DNA of 64,000 nt, from positions 1 through 64,000 of the IMG/VR virus record IMGVR_UViG_3300010885_076238, one strand, 5' to 3'. Shown here piece by piece: positions 47,868-56,775 of this stretch (position 1 is its first letter; each line of letters begins with the position of its first letter). Below the pieces are notes generated by a model. It made no database searches. It was not told the origin of the DNA and saw only the letters and a list, made by a program, of their open reading frames with translations. The position numbers and the translations under genes were made by a program.

Positions 47868-49130
47868 ATGAGCAGGAAGAAAGTTGAAGAAAAAAAGTGT
47901 GATTTTTGTGGCAAGGCCTCCAAAGAGATTGGCCCTCTGGTAGAAGGTGGGCCGGAAGGCACTGATCGCGTTTATATTTGCAGCGATTGCATTGATACCG
48001 CCGATAAGGTTATGTCTAAGAGAATTGCATCATCGCCTAGCAAGCCTAAAAAATTAAGCATTCCATCTCCAAGAGAAATTGTTTCGAAATTAGACGAATA
48101 TATTTGTGGTCAAACTGAAGCTAAAAAGAATTTGGCAGTTAGTGTTTATAATCATTACATTCGTCTTATGGATAAAGAACTGAGTAAGACCATAACGGAC
48201 AAGACCTTAGCAGAGACTCAGATTGACAAAAGCAATGTTTTGATGGTTGGTCCGACTGGATCGGGCAAAACTTTGTTGGCTTCTACTTTGGCTAAAATTT
48301 TGGAAGTTCCTTTTGCCATTGGAGATGCTACTACGGTTACGGAAGCTGGGTATGTTGGCGAGGATGTTGAGAATCTTCTTCTAAGACTCATTCGTTCTGC
48401 TGATATGGACATAGGCAGAGCAGAGATGGGAATTCTTTATATTGATGAAATTGACAAAATTGGTCGTTCTTCTGGAAATGTCTCTATAACAAGAGACGTT
48501 TCGGGAGAAGGAGTCCAGCAAGCTTTGCTAAAGATGCTTGAGGGAACCGTGTGCAATGTTCCTCCCGTCGGAGGTAGAAAGCACCCAGAGCAAGAGTTCT
48601 TGCAGGTAAATACTCAAAATATTTTGTTTATTTGCGGAGGAACTTTTGTTGGGATTGATGATATTATTAAGAAGCGTTTAGGCAAAAAGCAAATAGGTTT
48701 TGGAAGTCCCTTCGGTGATGCCTCTAAATTTCGAGGCGATTCTTGGATGGATTTCCTTCAATCCGAAGACCTAGTTGAATTCGGGATGATTCCTGAGTTT
48801 ATTGGAAGGCTTCCTGTCCAAACTTGTCTTAGAGAGCTTACTGAAGATGAATTGGTTCATGTTTTGACTGAACCAAAAAATGCTCTCCTTAAGCAGTACA
48901 AGAAACAATTTCTTTATAGCAATGTAAATTTAGAATTTACCAAAGAAGCCATAAAGGAAATTGCAAAAATGGCAATCAAAGAGAAAACAGGAGCTAGAGC
49001 TTTGAGAAGAATTGTTACTAAAATTATGAATCCCATTACTTTTGACTTGTCTGAGTTTGAAAGTAAAGATCTCATAATTGATGAGAAGATTATTAGAGGA
49101 GAAAGAGATATTTTCAAAAAAGCGGCTTAG
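47868..49130 (+). CDS. clpX: ATP-dependent Clp protease ATP-binding subunit ClpX
   Basis: Zn finger CDFCGK...[46 protein letters not shown] loop, TGARALR. Confidence 0.97.
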   Translation: MSRKKVEEKKCDFCGKASKEIGPLVEGGPEGTDRVYICSDCIDTADKVMSKRIASSPSKPKKLSIPSPREIVSKLDEYICGQTEAKKNLAVSVYNHYIRLMDKELSKTITDKTLAETQIDKSNVLMVGPTGSGKTLLASTLAKILEVPFAIGDATTVTEAGYVGEDVENLLLRLIRSADMDIGRAEMGILYIDEIDKIGRSSGNVSITRDVSGEGVQQALLKMLEGTVCNVPPVGGRKHPEQEFLQVNTQNILFICGGTFVGIDDIIKKRLGKKQIGFGSPFGDASKFRGDSWMDFLQSEDLVEFGMIPEFIGRLPVQTCLRELTEDELVHVLTEPKNALLKQYKKQFLYSNVNLEFTKEAIKEIAKMAIKEKTGARALRRIVTKIMNPITFDLSEFESKDLIIDEKIIRGERDIFKKAA

Positions 49131-49391
49131 TTGAAACCAAACCACAAGAACGCAAATAAACCTAATTATTACGGGATGAAAATGGATTTTTGTTCAATAT
49201 GCTCGCTATTTTCTAGAACTTCAGAAAAAGCTCATAGAAATCCCGAATATGTTTGCAAGTGCAACTTTGAATTAAATTCAAGTAAGTCTATTTGCGATTC
49301 TTGTGGTTTGTTTTTTAAATCTTCGTCCCATTTTTATCTTTGCAAATGCAAGGATAAACCCACCAAGAAAAAAGCAGTAAGTAAAAGTTGA
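49131..49391 (+). CDS. Small Cys-rich protein with duplicated CxxC...CxC motif
   Basis: CSIC...CKC and CDSC...CKC; start uncertain. Confidence 0.45.
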   Translation: MKPNHKNANKPNYYGMKMDFCSICSLFSRTSEKAHRNPEYVCKCNFELNSSKSICDSCGLFFKSSSHFYLCKCKDKPTKKKAVSKS

Positions 49392-49415
49392 CTTTTATAT
49401 AAAATTGATTATACT
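49388..49415 (+). promoter_or_regulatory. Sigma70-like promoter, 16-bp spacer
   Basis: TTGACT-N16-TATACT. Confidence 0.65.
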
Positions 49416-49434
49416 AAGCCAAAGGAGGGCTTTT

Positions 49435-49722
49435 ATGAAAACTTCATCCGTTTCTGATAAACTACCCACAATATCCATTGAGGCTTTGGCCGCGATTAAA
49501 AAGGGGGTTGAAGAAAAACACTCTATTTCTAATTTGGAAAATTTAGGAGTCAAGCAAAGATTAATTAATCTACTTGAATCTCATAAAATTTCAAATTTAG
49601 AACAATTGATGTTTCATAAAAAAGAAACTTTATTATCAATCCCAAATTTTGGAAAGAGACAATTATTTGTTTTGTTTGAAGCTCTTTCTAAATATAATGA
49701 ATTAGAAAACGAGTACAAATGA
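49435..49722 (+). CDS. Stand-alone RNA polymerase alpha-subunit C-terminal-domain-like protein
   Basis: LENLGVKQRLINLLESHKISNLEQL...LLSIPNFGKRQL matches alpha-CTD ELSVRS.NCL...L....NFG.KSL; AAGGAGG SD. Confidence 0.8.
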   Translation: MKTSSVSDKLPTISIEALAAIKKGVEEKHSISNLENLGVKQRLINLLESHKISNLEQLMFHKKETLLSIPNFGKRQLFVLFEALSKYNELENEYK

Positions 49723-50780
49723 TGTTGTCGTTTTCTAATTTGGTTGCAATAGCCGCTTCTTTTTTGGCAGCTTGGGCTGTTGTTAAATATCTAATATTAA
49801 TAGAAATAAGGATTGACGAAAATTCTTACAAGGTTTTATATGATATATGTAAAAATAACAAAATCGTATTAATTGAAGAAGAATTTACTCATGAAAGAAA
49901 ATATCCAATAGTTTTTTCTGCCTTATGTTTTATAAAAGAATGTCCCGGTTTTTATATCAATCATCAAGAAAGATTAATGAGTGCTGGCTTTGAAGCAAAA
50001 GATTTCATTACCAAAGTAACCCTGTTCAGATTTAGTTATTATGATTTTAAAGAATACCTAATAAAATCTCATAAGAATTGCGTAAATGTTCCGATTGATT
50101 TGTTGTTTCCTTATGGATCTGACAAGATCGGAAGCATAAAGAGCAAAGAATTGAATCCAATCATACTCAATGAAATATGTTTGGATTTTGAAAAAGAAAT
50201 AGGAGATAAAGTAAAAACAAGTGCTTTATTCTATGGCAACCCAGGTAATGGGAAAACTTATTTTATTAAATATTTGGCCACAAAATACAATTTGCCAATA
50301 AAGATGATTACTTTTTCTCCTGATTTTACCAATCATGATTTATTGATGCTTTTTTCTCAGATCCCATCTGATTGCATTGTTTTGTTGGAAGATTTTGATA
50401 ATTACTTCGACAAAAGAAAATGCATTATTGGCGACGACAATAAAAATATTAAATTTACATTCGACATTATCTTGAATGCTTTTGACGGTGTTTACAACAC
50501 CTATGAAAATGTCATTTTTATAATGACCGTTAATGATATTTCTAAAGTAGATGATGCTCTGAAGAACAGACCCGGTCGATTCAAATATGTTTTGGAATTT
50601 CCAAATCCAAGTGTAGAAATTATTGAAAAATTAGTTGATAATAAAGATTTTGCAAAAAGAATGGTTGGAATGAATCTAGATCAGGTTCTTACTGTTAAAA
50701 AATATCTTACAGCAGGAGTTGACTTTGAAGATTCATTAAAACGAATCAATTATCAAAAGGAAGTAGCTCCCATCGGCTAA
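49719..50780 (+). CDS. BCS1-like AAA ATPase with N-terminal TM helix
   Basis: FYGNPGNGKT, LLEDFD, FIMTVN, ALKNRPGRF. Confidence 0.8.
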   Translation: MMLSFSNLVAIAASFLAAWAVVKYLILIEIRIDENSYKVLYDICKNNKIVLIEEEFTHERKYPIVFSALCFIKECPGFYINHQERLMSAGFEAKDFITKVTLFRFSYYDFKEYLIKSHKNCVNVPIDLLFPYGSDKIGSIKSKELNPIILNEICLDFEKEIGDKVKTSALFYGNPGNGKTYFIKYLATKYNLPIKMITFSPDFTNHDLLMLFSQIPSDCIVLLEDFDNYFDKRKCIIGDDNKNIKFTFDIILNAFDGVYNTYENVIFIMTVNDISKVDDALKNRPGRFKYVLEFPNPSVEIIEKLVDNKDFAKRMVGMNLDQVLTVKKYLTAGVDFEDSLKRINYQKEVAPIG

Positions 50781-51561
50781 TCTTTTTATGTTTTCTATTA
50801 TTGAATAAAGTTTTTTCAATATAAAAAACTTTTGAAGTGTTATAAAGTCCTGCCAATATAGAAAATGAGCTTGGGGCTGTTACTAGAACATCAGATTTCG
50901 TTAAGTTATAAAAGCTTTCAAAAACATTTTCATTTGCATGAATTTTTATATTTTGGTTTTTAAAATAATCGAATTCGTTTAGATTTTTTTTAATTTCTGT
51001 GAATATATGAATTTGATAATTTTCATATATTTTTTTTAATTTTTCTATAAGTTTTTTATAAAAATCTATTGGAACGTATCTTTTAGGATAAGATTTTATT
51101 GTTACATCTCCTCTCCTAATATGAATTGATATATTGCGGGATTTTTCATCGAACCGCAGTTGTTTTTTTGAAATTAGAGGACGCAACACGGGCATAATTT
51201 CATCATAGATTTCCATGTAATTTTTATTATCATCCCATCCTTCTATAATTCCAAATGGCAAAAAAATTCTAACTAGTGTGTTTTGTTTTTGTTCTTTGAT
51301 TTTTTCAAGTTGACTTTCTGTCGGATACAATATGTCTATTATTTGGTCATATTTTATTTGATCTACATTTTTGTAAATTTTATTTATATTAAAAAAATCT
51401 TCAGATTCTTTTGCGTCTACGCAATGCTCTATGCTTGTGATTGGAGAGTGGACATATTCACAATTTAATATTTTTGATAAAGCTATTATTCCTATTATTC
51501 TTTGATATTGTGCTCCTAGCCCATCTTTTTTTTCTTCTGTTTTATATGTCAAGTAAAGCAT
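50746..51561 (-). CDS. Fucosyltransferase-like protein (GT11-type)
   Basis: DGLGAQ, SIHIRRGD, DVLVTAPSSFS. Confidence 0.75.
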   Translation of the reverse strand: MLYLTYKTEEKKDGLGAQYQRIIGIIALSKILNCEYVHSPITSIEHCVDAKESEDFFNINKIYKNVDQIKYDQIIDILYPTESQLEKIKEQKQNTLVRIFLPFGIIEGWDDNKNYMEIYDEIMPVLRPLISKKQLRFDEKSRNISIHIRRGDVTIKSYPKRYVPIDFYKKLIEKLKKIYENYQIHIFTEIKKNLNEFDYFKNQNIKIHANENVFESFYNLTKSDVLVTAPSSFSILAGLYNTSKVFYIEKTLFNNRKHKKISRWELLPFDN

Positions 51562-51563
51562 GT

Positions 51564-52535
51564 CTATATGTTATTTAGCCAATACTCTATCATTTCATCC
51601 ATCATGGATTTGAAAGTATATGACGGTTCCCACCCTAGTTTTTCTTTAGCTTTAGAAGCATCACCTTTCAGATAATTTAGTTCTTCAGGTCTAATGTATT
51701 TCTCATCGCAAGCAATGTATTTTTTAGAGTCTAATTCTAAATTATTAAAGACATAATCAACCAAATCTCTTACGCTTCTAGATGACCCCGTCGCCAGAAC
51801 AAAATCCTCGGGTTCTTTTTGTTGCAGCATTGACCACATTCCAACAACATAATCTTTCGCATGTCCCCAATCTCTTCTTGCATCTAAATTTCCTAAAGAA
51901 AGCTTATTGGACAATCCTTTTTTAATTTTTACTGCTTCTAAGGCAACTTTATTTGTAACAAAATTTATTCCTCTCCTTGGACTTTCGTGGTTAAAAAGAA
52001 TTCCTGAACAAATGAAAAGATTATATGAGTTTTTGTAATTATTGCATAAGGAGTGTGCAAATAATTTTGAACAACCATAAGGACTCACAGGTATCATTTG
52101 AGTTGTTTCTCTTTGATATCCATCCGCATCACAGCAATTTCCAAACATTTCTGAAGTTGCTGCATGGTAAACTTTTGATTTTGGAGAGAATTTTTTTACA
52201 GCTTCAAGCACGGCCAAAGTTCCTCCAGCATTAACATCAAGAGTATATTTGGGCAATTCAAAAGATATTTGAACATGGGACTGAGCTGCTAAGTGGTAAA
52301 TTTCATCTGGTTTTAATTTGCTAATTACCGTTTCAATACTTAGCGGATCTGTTAAATCTGTATAATGAAGACTTATTAGGTTTTCTGCATGTATATTTTT
52401 AATTCTTGTTGTTTGTGACTCGGGAACAGAATTTCTTCTTATTGTGCCGTGTATTTCATATTTTTTTTCTAGTAAAAATTCTATTAAATAAGAAGCGTCT
52501 TGTCCATTTGCCCCTAAAATTAGTGCTTTTTTCAT
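51564..52535 (-). CDS. gmd: GDP-mannose 4,6-dehydratase
   Basis: GANGQDASYL, HLAAQSHV, AATSEMFG, SPYGCSK, FNHESPRRG..FVT, LGNLDARRDWGHA. Confidence 0.96.
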   Translation of the reverse strand: MKKALILGANGQDASYLIEFLLEKKYEIHGTIRRNSVPESQTTRIKNIHAENLISLHYTDLTDPLSIETVISKLKPDEIYHLAAQSHVQISFELPKYTLDVNAGGTLAVLEAVKKFSPKSKVYHAATSEMFGNCCDADGYQRETTQMIPVSPYGCSKLFAHSLCNNYKNSYNLFICSGILFNHESPRRGINFVTNKVALEAVKIKKGLSNKLSLGNLDARRDWGHAKDYVVGMWSMLQQKEPEDFVLATGSSRSVRDLVDYVFNNLELDSKKYIACDEKYIRPEELNYLKGDASKAKEKLGWEPSYTFKSMMDEMIEYWLNNI

Positions 52536-52543
52536 AAAATATA

Positions 52544-53452
52544 TTAGTAAATTTTTTCTTTATTGTCTACTGGTAATCTTTGTTTTTTATGAAGTATAGC
52601 ATAATTATATAAATTAATAATTTTATTTTCATCAAAATTTTCATCAAAACTAAGACTGAAATTAAATATGAATTTATTTGCTACGTAGTTTCTATTGATA
52701 AATTTCCAAAAAAAGTGGTCTTTTTTATTTTTTATATTTTCATTTATAAAACATCTAAAAGCCCAATCGTATGCTAAATTAGGAGTTTGTTTAACTGATT
52801 CTAAAAAATCTTGTTCAAAATGCTGCATAAATATTTGGAAGTTTTTTTTACCTGTTGCGTATAAAGCAACTCCATTTATATGCGTTAACATAGTAGGATC
52901 TGTTGAGAATTGCTCCCCATCGTACAAAGCCCCAGAAATCCAAAATTCATTTGAATTTTCAACATAATTTTTTATTTTTTCTAGCCAATCATTAGATAAA
53001 ATACAATCTGTTTCTAGTAGCAAAGTGGTATCATATTCTTTTGATAATTCCATAGATTTAAAAAACATTAAATTTGGTCCTGATTTTATTCCGTAAGCAG
53101 GAATATTATCTTTATTTTCTTCAATGTATCGCTTCTCTATCTTAAAAGGAATATACAAATCTTCATGCTCAGTAAGATTTAAATTATAAATTTTAACTTC
53201 TTTGAACATTTCTTTTAAATCAACATCTTCTTCAGGCATAAAGTTATTTGCTATTATTATAAAACATAAATCTTTTGATAAGTTTTTATTTGTTTTATTT
53301 TTTAATTGATTCAAGAAAATTTCATATTGATTTTTTTCTTTTGAAATAAAATTTATACAAACACACTCTAGCTTGTTTGGCTCACTTTTTATTTCATTTA
53401 AATTTAAACTATCTATTAGACTTTTGTAAATTACATTTTTAATCTCGCTCAT
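52544..53452 (-). CDS. Hypothetical protein, possibly glycosyltransferase-like
   Basis: LLETDCIL, WISGA, HINGVALY; in the gmd operon. Confidence 0.55.
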   Translation of the reverse strand: MSEIKNVIYKSLIDSLNLNEIKSEPNKLECVCINFISKEKNQYEIFLNQLKNKTNKNLSKDLCFIIIANNFMPEEDVDLKEMFKEVKIYNLNLTEHEDLYIPFKIEKRYIEENKDNIPAYGIKSGPNLMFFKSMELSKEYDTTLLLETDCILSNDWLEKIKNYVENSNEFWISGALYDGEQFSTDPTMLTHINGVALYATGKKNFQIFMQHFEQDFLESVKQTPNLAYDWAFRCFINENIKNKKDHFFWKFINRNYVANKFIFNFSLSFDENFDENKIINLYNYAILHKKQRLPVDNKEKIY

Positions 53453-53459
53453 TTTTTCC

Positions 53460-54344
53460 TTAAGATAAATGATTTAACTCAATTTCTATATCAAATATTT
53501 TACTAATCCAAAAAGAAAACCCAGAACCCCAAAAATGAGAGCTATAAGAAATTATGTTTTTCGATTGTGATAATATTTTCAAATCTAAAGCTAAATCAAA
53601 CATGTTTTTTATAGAAATACTCTTTTCTTGAAGACAAAGAAAACCGGGTTTATTTACACAGTGGTTGCTTTTTGTTTTGGCAACTACAATTCTTTTATTT
53701 TTTTTATTTATTAGAAACTTTTTGAATTTATTGGAGTCCGATAGCACCACTATTTTCTCTTTTGTTTTCATAAGAATTCTATTATAAATAATTTCATATT
53801 TGAATTTAGTTTGAATTTTAATTTTTTCAATTATTTCGATTGGCTCTTTTTCTAGTAACTCTATGTCTCCAAGTCTAAAATGAAACACTTTATATTTTTT
53901 TTCTTTTAGTCTATTTTCTTTTAAGAATTTTTCGTATTCCAATTCTATTTTCTCATTAAAAGAAAAGCAATTTCTAAAAAATTGCTTTTCTTTTTTTTCT
54001 AATTTAAAATTTTCAATTTTTTCGTAAAGATTTTTATTGAAATTTGTTGGAAAAACATCAAAATAAAAAGAGCTAATAAAATGATTTTTATCTTTTTCTG
54101 AAATAATTTTTTGTATAATTTCTTCTACTTGAATAATTTTTTTTGACGCATCTAGATTGATTATTTCGCATTCTTTGTAGTCTAAATTTGATTCATTCTT
54201 ATTAATTAAATAATTAGATATTGGGTGATGCTTAAAATCAATAAATAAGTTTTCTGGGCATTTTCTATAAAGAAAAACACCTCCTCGAATGAAGTCGCCA
54301 ATTCCCCCGGAAAAATTTTTATTATATGATTGAATTATTGCCAT
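53460..54344 (-). CDS. Fucosyltransferase-like protein
   Basis: GGIGDFIRG, FHFRLGD, VLSDS, LDLKIL, GSGFS. Confidence 0.7.
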   Translation of the reverse strand: MAIIQSYNKNFSGGIGDFIRGGVFLYRKCPENLFIDFKHHPISNYLINKNESNLDYKECEIINLDASKKIIQVEEIIQKIISEKDKNHFISSFYFDVFPTNFNKNLYEKIENFKLEKKEKQFFRNCFSFNEKIELEYEKFLKENRLKEKKYKVFHFRLGDIELLEKEPIEIIEKIKIQTKFKYEIIYNRILMKTKEKIVVLSDSNKFKKFLINKKNKRIVVAKTKSNHCVNKPGFLCLQEKSISIKNMFDLALDLKILSQSKNIISYSSHFWGSGFSFWISKIFDIEIELNHLS

Positions 54345-54475
54345 TTGTATATTTTAATTTAGCTTCTGCACAAATTATTTATCAAATATCATTGAATTTA
54401 AATTTAATAATATTTTTACAAATTTGTCGCTTAAATTTTTTTTTTATTATTAATAAATCCATCATGAAATCGCTA

Positions 54476-54503
54476 TTGACAGAAAAAAAATATTTAGTAT
54501 AAT
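54476..54503 (+). promoter_or_regulatory. Sigma70 consensus promoter, 16-bp spacer
   Basis: TTGACA-N16-TATAAT. Confidence 0.75.
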
Positions 54504-54531
54504 AATTTTGTCACTAAAATTTGGAGGGTTT

Positions 54532-54771
54532 ATGTTCTTGTACTATGTTAGAACGGGATCGGTTGATACAAGACAATTAGCTTCAAGTCACAAGCAAGCG
54601 GCCATAAAAACTTTAAAAAGCTGCAGTGATTTTGGAAAATTTGTGATAGTTGGAACCAATGATATTGATGACGCAACCACCAGTGGTTCGCAGATGTTCT
54701 TTTCAACCTCTGCTCTATTAGAGGATTGCGAATCAGATTTGCTTGATAACAACATGAAATTAGTTTATTAA
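54532..54771 (+). CDS. Hypothetical protein
   Basis: GGAGG SD before ATG 54532. Confidence 0.7.
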   Translation: MFLYYVRTGSVDTRQLASSHKQAAIKTLKSCSDFGKFVIVGTNDIDDATTSGSQMFFSTSALLEDCESDLLDNNMKLVY

Positions 54772-54810
54772 AAAAATAATTTTTATTATTTTATCTATAA
54801 TTTTTCTTGC

Positions 54811-54838
54811 TTTACAATCTTGAATTGCGACCTATGAT
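54811..54838 (+). promoter_or_regulatory. Sigma70-like promoter, 16-bp spacer
   Basis: TTTACA-N16-TATGAT. Confidence 0.6.
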
Positions 54839-54989
54839 ATAGAGTCATGTGAATGATTTACTCAGTCGTTGAGTAAGTTATTTCAAATCAAATTAAATTT
54901 TTTAGGTCAAAAAATCGTCTAAAATATTAATTACTAAGACTCGTTATCCAAGTGTGTCCAACATAATTCCGAAAACAAGGAGAGAAGTT

Positions 54990-56024
54990 ATGGCTAAGAA
55001 GATTGATATTGTGAAGAAGTCTGAAACCAAGCCCGAAGCAGCATCTAAGTCTGATGCCGCTCATTCCATTCCTATGGGTGGGGATCGTGAAGCTCCTCGC
55101 AAGCATAGTAAGGTTGTGGATCGCTTTAGGACGAAGGTGAAGCCTTCTACTAAGGAGGTCAAGGCTGACGCTCGTCCAGTCATCGATATTGATGACGAGA
55201 CGAAGGAAAAGTTTGTAGAATTCGCTGCTACCAAGGAACTTTTTGACATTTTTGAGGCCAGCAAAAAGAGTCAGACGGCAGATATTTATGGGGCCATTTT
55301 TGAAAAGTATAAGGATACTTTGTGGCGTTCCAAGACTCAGCCTAAGAATCCTTCTATCAAGGTTCAAAATTTGGATGGAAGTCTTGAAGCCGAAGGTCAG
55401 TTTATTGTTCAAGTTGGAACTAGAATTAAGATTAATATGCCAGAGGTTCCAGAAGATGAGTTGCCGGAAGATGTCCTTCTTAAGGCGCTTGTCGATCTTG
55501 GCGTAAAGAAGAGCAATGCGGCTCGTATTATTGAAGATGAGGTTTCATTCGTTCCTCAGTGGAGTCTTAACTTCACAGATATGCTCAATGGCGTGATGGT
55601 TGAAGGAAAGTTGCAGCCTGCAACAGACCCTCAGATTTCTGCTTCCGAGCTTCTTTTTCAGGTTATAAATGGTCAGGATGAAGATGGAATTGAATTAAAT
55701 TCTAAGTCTCGTCTTGATATGTTGAAAAAGATTTCGGAAGAAGGTTGGGTATTGATCAAGCAGAATGTGGAAAGTCATACCAAATACTTTCCGCAGCTTG
55801 TTGACGGTGCGGATTTTCTTGATAGAGTTTGCAATTACGCAGAATCTAAGGATGAATTGGATTCTATTCTGACAGTTTTCTGCCCTGTGCATTTCTGTCA
55901 GAGAGTCAAGTTTGCTTGTAGTGACGCTCCTGCCGATAAGACCGCAAGGCTTTTGTCGGAAGCAGAAGCTACTATTACCGGCAAGCCGAATGATGATGAA
56001 GTTGAAAGAGCTTATAAAAAGTGA
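54990..56024 (+). CDS. Hypothetical protein with Lys-rich N-terminus and host-like codon usage
   Basis: AAGGAG SD before ATG 54990; AAG/GCT/CGT-rich codons. Confidence 0.8.
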   Translation: MAKKIDIVKKSETKPEAASKSDAAHSIPMGGDREAPRKHSKVVDRFRTKVKPSTKEVKADARPVIDIDDETKEKFVEFAATKELFDIFEASKKSQTADIYGAIFEKYKDTLWRSKTQPKNPSIKVQNLDGSLEAEGQFIVQVGTRIKINMPEVPEDELPEDVLLKALVDLGVKKSNAARIIEDEVSFVPQWSLNFTDMLNGVMVEGKLQPATDPQISASELLFQVINGQDEDGIELNSKSRLDMLKKISEEGWVLIKQNVESHTKYFPQLVDGADFLDRVCNYAESKDELDSILTVFCPVHFCQRVKFACSDAPADKTARLLSEAEATITGKPNDDEVERAYKK

Positions 56025-56040
56025 AAATTAGGAGTGCGTG

Positions 56041-56358
56041 ATGAGAAAAAAGTCTAGAACCGATATTATCAGAGAACACTTGCTTTCTGCAAAATCATTT
56101 GAACAAAGCCCAAATGCTGTTGTTCAGGATTTGAAGAAAAAGGGAGTTGATGTTACTGTTCATCATGTTGGAATGGTGAAACTCTCTATTAGAGGCAAAA
56201 GAGTTTTGAAGAGAATCGGTAATAGAAGTGGTCGTAGCGGTAGAACTAAGAAAAATTCTGGATTATTTATTGCCAAAGATCTTTTGAAATCTTGTAATAA
56301 TAATCTCGATTTGGCTTTGCAAAATTTGAAAGTTGTTGCCAAGCTAATGAATGATTAG
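56041..56358 (+). CDS. Planctomycete-type small DNA-binding protein (paralog)
   Basis: SRTDIIREHL...PNAVVQDLKKKGVDVT; C-terminal LFIAKDLLK...LALQNL. Confidence 0.7.
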   Translation: MRKKSRTDIIREHLLSAKSFEQSPNAVVQDLKKKGVDVTVHHVGMVKLSIRGKRVLKRIGNRSGRSGRTKKNSGLFIAKDLLKSCNNNLDLALQNLKVVAKLMND

Positions 56359-56410
56359 GCGTTGTGTGTCGCAATGCTATTGTTTCTAAAATGCCAAAGG
56401 AGAAAATTTT

Positions 56411-56770
56411 ATGGCTGAAAAGGAAGTGGTTAATCGGTCTCAGGCGATTCGTGAATATTTGAATTCGGTGAAGCCGTCTGATCGTGGCCCTAGGGCTGTT
56501 AGCGAAGCTTTGAAGGCTAAGGGTCTTAGCGTTAGCCCACAGCTTGTCTCCCAGGTTAAAACTTCTTTGAATAAGAAAACTTCTTCAAAGAAGAAGGGTC
56601 GAGTTTATGATTCTTCTTTTTCAAAGAAGATTAAGAAGTCTCGTCCAGATTGGTTTCAATTGGAAAGTGTTGACACTTTGATTAGTGCCAAGAATCTTCT
56701 TAAGTCTGTTGGTGGAGATTTGAATGCTGCAAAAAAGAATTTAGAAATCATTTCTAAGCTCTTGTCGTAA
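56411..56770 (+). CDS. Planctomycete-type small DNA-binding protein (paralog)
   Basis: VNRSQAIREYL...GPRAVSEALKAKGLSVSPQLVSQVK; LISAKNLLKSVGG. Confidence 0.75.
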   Translation: MAEKEVVNRSQAIREYLNSVKPSDRGPRAVSEALKAKGLSVSPQLVSQVKTSLNKKTSSKKKGRVYDSSFSKKIKKSRPDWFQLESVDTLISAKNLLKSVGGDLNAAKKNLEIISKLLS

Positions 56771-56775
56771 GCAGG

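Noticed and set aside
3808-49130. Stop-codon reassignment (TAG or TGA), as seen in some large phages
   Set aside because: Conserved proteins are full length in code 11 and end cleanly at TAG (S8 protease, clpX) or TGA (tilS, RuvB-like); coding density is already high.
43972-55506. Long overlapping ORFs such as 43972..44649(-), 44042..44317(+), 54927..55412(-), 55243..55506(+)
   Set aside because: They overlap well-supported genes whose GC-richer codons reduce stop frequency; no SD and no motifs.
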